This document shows positions 59,890 to 64,000 of a stretch of DNA of 64,000 nucleotides, piece after piece. How positions within the stretch are numbered: the stretch's first letter is position 1; each line of letters opens with the position of its first letter. The notes beneath the pieces were generated by a model. That model was not told the origin of the DNA and made no database searches. It saw nothing but the letters and a program-made list of their open reading frames with translations. The position numbers and the translations under genes are program-made. The DNA comes from a virus: IMG/VR virus record IMGVR_UViG_3300020463_002440, positions 92,384-156,383 of that record, one strand, 5' to 3'.

Positions 59890-60631
59890 TAGCAAATCCT
59901 GATTCTACGTCATAATGTGGTATATCTATTTCTTCCACCCAGTTAACTTGTTTATTATATGGTCTCCATTTATCTCTAACGAAATAATCTTCCATACATA
60001 TTAGTTCTCCTGGATATAATTTATATAGCCATTTCATTCGTTCGTAATTGTCTCTTATTTGATTAATACAATTTGGAACAGTGACTACACCCATTCCTCC
60101 ATTTAAGAATGGATCATTAGGATCTACTTCAACAATATGTTTTTCATCCTTTCCTAATAAACCTAGGTGTTGTTCTCTAATTCTTTCGTATGTAAAGTTA
60201 TTACTTTGATATTTAAATCCTGTTTTACCAAAGTCTCCCCATCTTCGAACGGCAATCCAACTTTTACAAGTTGCTTCAAAATCTCTACGATACAAATAAT
60301 AGATCTTATCTACTGATTCTAAGATCTGTTTTATAATATAATCGTCTCTTACTTGCCAAGGCATAATCTTAAAACAGAGTTGTGTTGAAGGATTTCTTAA
60401 CTCAGTCATTAGATTAGCATCACTCTGTATAAGATCAAGTATCTCATACTGCATTATCTGATATGACTGTTGTAGTTCTATACGAGACGGTATAGATCCA
60501 ACTCTTTGTGCCTTTTCATGACTAAACGCTTCACCACCATAAGGTAAGTCGTATTCCTCAGCCTTCATTAATGTAAAAGTAGTAGAAGCAGTTCTATAAT
60601 TACATACAATTGCTATTTTATTAGTGTTCAC
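59873..60631 (-). CDS. Sulfotransferase-like (Stf0-type) protein
   Basis: YRTASTTF (5'-PSB loop-like), CFKIMP, YLYRRD......SW (3'-PB-like). GTG at 60631 is preferred over the track start at 60667. Confidence 0.6.
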   Translation of the reverse strand: MNTNKIAIVCNYRTASTTFTLMKAEEYDLPYGGEAFSHEKAQRVGSIPSRIELQQSYQIMQYEILDLIQSDANLMTELRNPSTQLCFKIMPWQVRDDYIIKQILESVDKIYYLYRRDFEATCKSWIAVRRWGDFGKTGFKYQSNNFTYERIREQHLGLLGKDEKHIVEVDPNDPFLNGGMGVVTVPNCINQIRDNYERMKWLYKLYPGELICMEDYFVRDKWRPYNKQVNWVEEIDIPHYDVESGFAIDKDS

Positions 60632-61073
60632 GTTCTTTAAGAAACTCCGTATGTACTCCGGCCTCAATAAACATTTTATTAGATTTATGAAATGACTCTA
60701 ACCACTTTTGCGGTATATCATCAGCAGCCATAACAATTTTATTTATGCCCACTTGAATAATTCCTCTTGCACAATTGTGGCAAACTGGTAAACCCCAAAC
60801 ATACATCGTTGCTCCTTTTAATGATATTCCATTATATGTAGCATTATATATGCAATTCATTTCGGCATGAACAACCAAGTCGTATTTAACACTCTTATTT
60901 TCATAACGATAAGCAGCATCTTCAATACCTTTAGGAAATCCATTATAACCAGTTGCGAGTATACGACGTTCAGAATTAACTGCCACCGCTCCTATTTGCG
61001 TTGAAGGATCTTTACTCCAAGTTGAGATTTCTCGAGCAAGTCTAATAAATCTTTTATCCCACTTTTCTATCAT
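60621..61073 (-). CDS. cd: dCMP deaminase
   Basis: WSKDPSTQIGA, TGYNGFP, VHAEMN, PVCHNC; ATG at 61073 with GAGGA SD. Confidence 0.93.
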   Translation of the reverse strand: MIEKWDKRFIRLAREISTWSKDPSTQIGAVAVNSERRILATGYNGFPKGIEDAAYRYENKSVKYDLVVHAEMNCIYNATYNGISLKGATMYVWGLPVCHNCARGIIQVGINKIVMAADDIPQKWLESFHKSNKMFIEAGVHTEFLKEREH

Positions 61074-61728
61074 TAATAAGTTCCTCAATAAAGTTGAAGT
61101 GCCTTTCGTAAACATGAAAGTTTGATGCTGTCCAAATGAGATCACCTGTACTTACATCAAGATCGGCAGCCAACTTTTCTTGAACATATTTAGCCCAAGC
61201 ATAATCGTTATTATAACCAAAGACTGCGTCGTTAGAACGCATTAAGTAATGTGAATGTAGTAAACCATCGCGAATATAAAAAGTATTTGCATAGGTACAC
61301 ATAAAGTCATTCATACCATCTCTTGTCATATCAACATGCATTGTTGGTCTATTATAAATCATAGTTGCTCTTCGAGAGTTTGGATTGTTTCTCAACTCTT
61401 TTTCAACATGAGCGTACTGACTACCATTGTCTTCAGAAAAAATACACCAACCATAATTAGAATTGATTTCACCTTCGGTTGAAGCAATGTCTTTCCAAAT
61501 TTGTGGAGTTTCTCCAGGAATATCATTTACATTCAATGATTCAGATTCATACCATTGTAATTCACGTTTAATATATTCATATGCAGGTTTACGGACAATA
61601 TGATCTTCTTCAGCAAGAAATGTTGCACCAATGATTTCAATTGTTTTTGCACCTGTCCTATCAATAACAAAATCTTCATCAAGATATTTGTCAATAATAA
61701 GTTGTCTGATATTTCCTACTGTTAACAT
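61054..61728 (-). CDS. gp42: dCMP hydroxymethyltransferase (T4 gp42-like thymidylate synthase homologue)
   Basis: INSNYGW, DFMCT and MRSNDAVFGYNNDYAW: Asp sits at the position equivalent to ThyA Asn177, the cytosine-specifying residue as in T4 gp42. Confidence 0.9.
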   Translation of the reverse strand: MLTVGNIRQLIIDKYLDEDFVIDRTGAKTIEIIGATFLAEEDHIVRKPAYEYIKRELQWYESESLNVNDIPGETPQIWKDIASTEGEINSNYGWCIFSEDNGSQYAHVEKELRNNPNSRRATMIYNRPTMHVDMTRDGMNDFMCTYANTFYIRDGLLHSHYLMRSNDAVFGYNNDYAWAKYVQEKLAADLDVSTGDLIWTASNFHVYERHFNFIEELINDRKVG

Positions 61729-61982
61729 TATATTGTTTCCATTAAAGCTTCTATGTCTGATACTTCAGCAACTAGGTCTGAAACATTTTGATTATGAAAG
61801 GCTCTTGCGGTCTTTCTTAGTATTGATTTTGGAATCTGTACTTCTTCGGCCAAAGAATTAATTGCTTCTTTTTGAAAATCACGTTCTGATTCCATTCTTG
61901 TAAATGAATTACTCATTTCTTCCATGCATCCGCGGATACGCTTTTTGTCTTCGTCACTTGAAGGTAATATTACATTACTCAT
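61728..61982 (-). CDS. dsbA: DsbA-like dsDNA-binding protein
   Basis: E.S....R.E.E.D..KE......E...PK....K.A...H.QN pattern of the T4 DsbA family. Confidence 0.7.
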   Translation of the reverse strand: MSNVILPSSDEDKKRIRGCMEEMSNSFTRMESERDFQKEAINSLAEEVQIPKSILRKTARAFHNQNVSDLVAEVSDIEALMETI

Positions 61983-62325
61983 TATCTATTCTCCTGTTAA
62001 AAATATCATTTTTGGTATTCTGACCTTCTATACCTTGGCGGCAGTATGCCACAAAGAATGATGTATAGTTGATTAGATCTTTGGCTGAATCCTCAAGAGA
62101 TTCAAAATTTGGTTCGTAATCATCACCTTGCATTGCTTCCATTACAGATTTCATACGTAGCATTTTTGCATGCATGATATCGTGAATAGTAATTACACCA
62201 TTAGGATAATAGTCTGCTTGGTGAACAGTGCTGTTTGGATTTTGATAATCTCGAGATTTTTTCAATTGAAGGTCAACGCATTCTTGTAATACATTAACAC
62301 TTTCTTTAGTTGGCTTTTCTGCCAT
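61975..62325 (-). CDS. All-alpha nucleotide-modification-associated protein (DUF1599/Nmad1-like, MazG superfamily)
   Basis: LQLKKSRDY...K..R...ESLEDS.KDLINY. Confidence 0.7.
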   Translation of the reverse strand: MAEKPTKESVNVLQECVDLQLKKSRDYQNPNSTVHQADYYPNGVITIHDIMHAKMLRMKSVMEAMQGDDYEPNFESLEDSAKDLINYTSFFVAYCRQGIEGQNTKNDIFNRRIDNE

Positions 62326-62350
62326 AAGGATACCTCATAATAAAAATTAT

Positions 62351-62379
62351 ATTATAACAAAATTGACACTGATTGTCAA
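62351..62379 (-). promoter_or_regulatory. Sigma70 consensus early promoter
   Basis: CTATTGACA-N17-TATAAT. Confidence 0.85.
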
Positions 62380-62855
62380 TAGTCAATTTCATATTTTAAA
62401 AATAACTCCGTAGCTTCAACACATTTGCTATCAGTTGAGTTGTAACTTGCTGACCAACGAATATTGTCAGGACAATTACCTTTTGAATTTGGAGTGTCTA
62501 AAAACGCAAACATATCATCATGAGGAATCATAGATATACGATACTTATTTTCCTCTAACGAAGAGGCATCTACCAATGCAAACCAATCACAGCCACTTCT
62601 CTTACACATTAAACTCCAAGCACCTAGTTTGCCTTCGGTTGGTTTGTTTGCTGTTTTTACTTCGATTCGACCAGGATATCTTGTTTTACCAAGAACGTCA
62701 AATTTACCGTTTACTGATTCACCTTCAGTGAGACTGACGATTTGTGATTCTCCTATAGATCCTACAAGTGATTTATACAAATCGTCAGTTCCACATAATT
62801 TGCCATCTCTATGAAGACTCATTGCTTCGTTGAGCAATTTGGTCAAATTATTCAT
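62376..62855 (-). CDS. PD-(D/E)xK-family nuclease-like protein
   Basis: G.IGE...FDV......RIEVKT. Confidence 0.6.
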   Translation of the reverse strand: MNNLTKLLNEAMSLHRDGKLCGTDDLYKSLVGSIGESQIVSLTEGESVNGKFDVLGKTRYPGRIEVKTANKPTEGKLGAWSLMCKRSGCDWFALVDASSLEENKYRISMIPHDDMFAFLDTPNSKGNCPDNIRWSASYNSTDSKCVEATELFLKYEIDY

Positions 62856-62888
62856 AATGTAATGTCCATTAATTTAATTTATAGATCT

Positions 62889-62917
62889 ATTATAATCTAT
62901 ATCATAAAGAATGTCAA
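62889..62917 (-). promoter_or_regulatory. Sigma70 consensus early promoter with inverted repeat around the -10 box
   Basis: CTATTGACA-N17-TATAAT; TATAGAT/ATCTATA arms at 62880-62886 and 62895-62901. Confidence 0.85.
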
Positions 62918-62920
62918 TAG

Positions 62921-63007
62921 TTATTTAAGAACTTTGTTCCAAATATATTGCACTCTACAAGATTTCATCATCTTATGAAATTGCTTGAAACTTGAAAAAT
63001 ATTTCAT
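62921..63007 (-). CDS. 28-aa basic peptide MKYFSSFKQFHKMMKSCRVQYIWNKVLK
   Basis: ATG with AGGA SD; sits downstream of a TATAAATA promoter and a structured leader; fills an otherwise empty gap. Confidence 0.55.
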   Translation of the reverse strand: MKYFSSFKQFHKMMKSCRVQYIWNKVLK

Positions 63008-63121
63008 ATTGTTTTCCTGCTGTATTTTGCGAGCAAAGAATCAACACTACTATAGTAATGTCTTCTTTGTTTTTGAATGTAACACTTGTGAAACTGTAAT
63101 GTTACAGTCGTGTTACAAAAT

Positions 63122-63129
63122 TATTTATA
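63122..63129 (-). promoter_or_regulatory. Late promoter TATAAATA
   Basis: Exact match, intergenic. Confidence 0.65.
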
Positions 63130-63154
63130 CAGAGAATTCTATAAAGAGATGAAT

Positions 63155-63382
63155 TTATACTACTTTTGGTGGAATTACAGCAGCAAATTGTTTGACAGAA
63201 TGTAATTTACCTTCTGCTTCCTCTAATTTCGCTACTTCTGTATCAATAGTCTCAAGCATGCCTGGATGATCAGCTACACCGACTCCATTTTCTAAAAATA
63301 AAGTAATGTTTGCTCTTGCCTCAGCAGACTGTGCTTCGTACTTTGAGATTAATGCGTTTACTAATACGTCTTTAAGTGCCAT
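63155..63382 (-). CDS. Conserved hypothetical protein of marine T4-like phages
   Basis: A.ANI..FL.N.VGV..H...LE.I..E pattern; SD AGGAG. Confidence 0.7.
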   Translation of the reverse strand: MALKDVLVNALISKYEAQSAEARANITLFLENGVGVADHPGMLETIDTEVAKLEEAEGKLHSVKQFAAVIPPKVV

Positions 63383-63797
63383 AGTATTCTCCTTTTAATG
63401 TTGGCAGGATACCATGATTACCTTCATGAGATGGAGCTGTCCATCCTTCAGGTTTCATTAAGTCAGGTAGTCCTAGTGGATTTGGCCGTGCTTCCTTTAT
63501 ACCAGGTTCTTTGGCCATGTTTGCTTTGAGAACTGAATCCCAAGCTTTATAGGGATCGACTCCGAAGGCATCGAGAGTACCGATTGCCACTACACAAAGG
63601 TCAACTAAACCATCAACGATTTCCTCGGAGTCGATAACTTTTTGAGCAGTTCTTGTTTCTTCAAGTTCTTCTTGTAGGAAGTCTACTCGAAAACGCAAGA
63701 ACGCTTTCAATTGATTTATATCTGCATTTTCAATCCAATCATGTGTTTTATATTTGGATTGCATTTCGTTAATATCTTTTACCCAGTCTTTGCTCAT
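63372..63797 (-). CDS. MazG-like/PRA-PH-like NTP pyrophosphohydrolase (candidate dCTPase/dUTPase)
   Basis: FLQEELEE...EIVDGLVDL..V..G...V..ANMAK...KPEGW..P. Confidence 0.8.
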   Translation of the reverse strand: MSKDWVKDINEMQSKYKTHDWIENADINQLKAFLRFRVDFLQEELEETRTAQKVIDSEEIVDGLVDLCVVAIGTLDAFGVDPYKAWDSVLKANMAKEPGIKEARPNPLGLPDLMKPEGWTAPSHEGNHGILPTLKGEYYGT

Positions 63798-64000
63798 CTT
63801 ACATTTCCTCTTAAAGCAAAATAAAGACCACCTACATATAAACTAACATGTAAATAATCATTATATATAACATCCCATAAACTTTGTGGACTTAACATCC
63901 ATATTACACCAGTAGCTATACAAGTCATTGTAATACCACTGAATCTTGTAATTATATCACCAGCTTCTTCTGTAAACAATCTGAAGTTTGGATAACTTCT
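63794..64000 (-). CDS. Membrane protein, 5' end outside window
   Basis: Frame is open from 64000 to the TGA at 63794; hydrophobic segments. Confidence 0.55.
   Translation of the reverse strand, partial: RSYPNFRLFTEEAGDIITRFSGITMTCIATGVIWMLSPQSLWDVIYNDYLHVSLYVGGLYFALRGNVR

Noticed and set aside
61074-61145. ORF-track N-terminal extension of dCMP deaminase
   Set aside because: It overlaps gp42 extensively; ATG at 61073 has a good SD and gives a typical N-terminus.
61054-61728. Annotation as ordinary thymidylate synthase or dUMP hydroxymethylase
   Set aside because: The residue 11 after the RS motif Arg is Asp (cytosine-specific) and the NDYAW context matches T4 gp42, not ThyA (Asn).

Overview
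AT-rich 64-kb segment of a large T4-like myovirus (Tevenvirinae/Kyanoviridae-like architecture). The host is inferred to be a marine proteobacterium, based on a proteobacterial-type IbpA with a ROSE-like leader and consensus sigma70 promoters. Positions 1-44.6 kb (minus strand) are a late virion module: fibre/adhesin genes (a Gly-X-Gln collagen fibre with an S74 chaperone and a 3755-aa giant), DUF4815, gp8, a subtilisin, a gp9/10-like protein, gp7 fused to an esterase, gp6, gp25, an M15 peptidase, gp5, a gp27-like hub, split gp53 and gp48. Positions 44.7-49.3 kb (plus strand) carry gp4, gp2, gp54, gp26, gp51 and a tape-measure-like gene. Positions 49.3-64 kb (minus strand) carry peroxiredoxin, Hsp20, dUTPase, regA, gp62/44/45, dexA and a cytosine-modification cluster (gp42 dCMP hydroxymethylase, GT-B, C5-MTase-like protein, cytidylyltransferase, HAD-kinase fusion, sulfotransferase, NTP pyrophosphatases). 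Four candidates stand out. (1) The giant virion protein has 11-12 tandem helical repeats that align by eye with phycobiliprotein subunits, including the bilin-binding C-x-R-D motif. (2) A probable new 5hmC hypermodification pathway has two enzymes ending in sliding-clamp-binding tails. (3) A -1 frameshift cassette joins gp26 to gp51 just upstream of the tape measure gene. (4) A ROSE-type RNA thermometer precedes the phage Hsp20. All calls come from motif recognition by eye; no searches were run.
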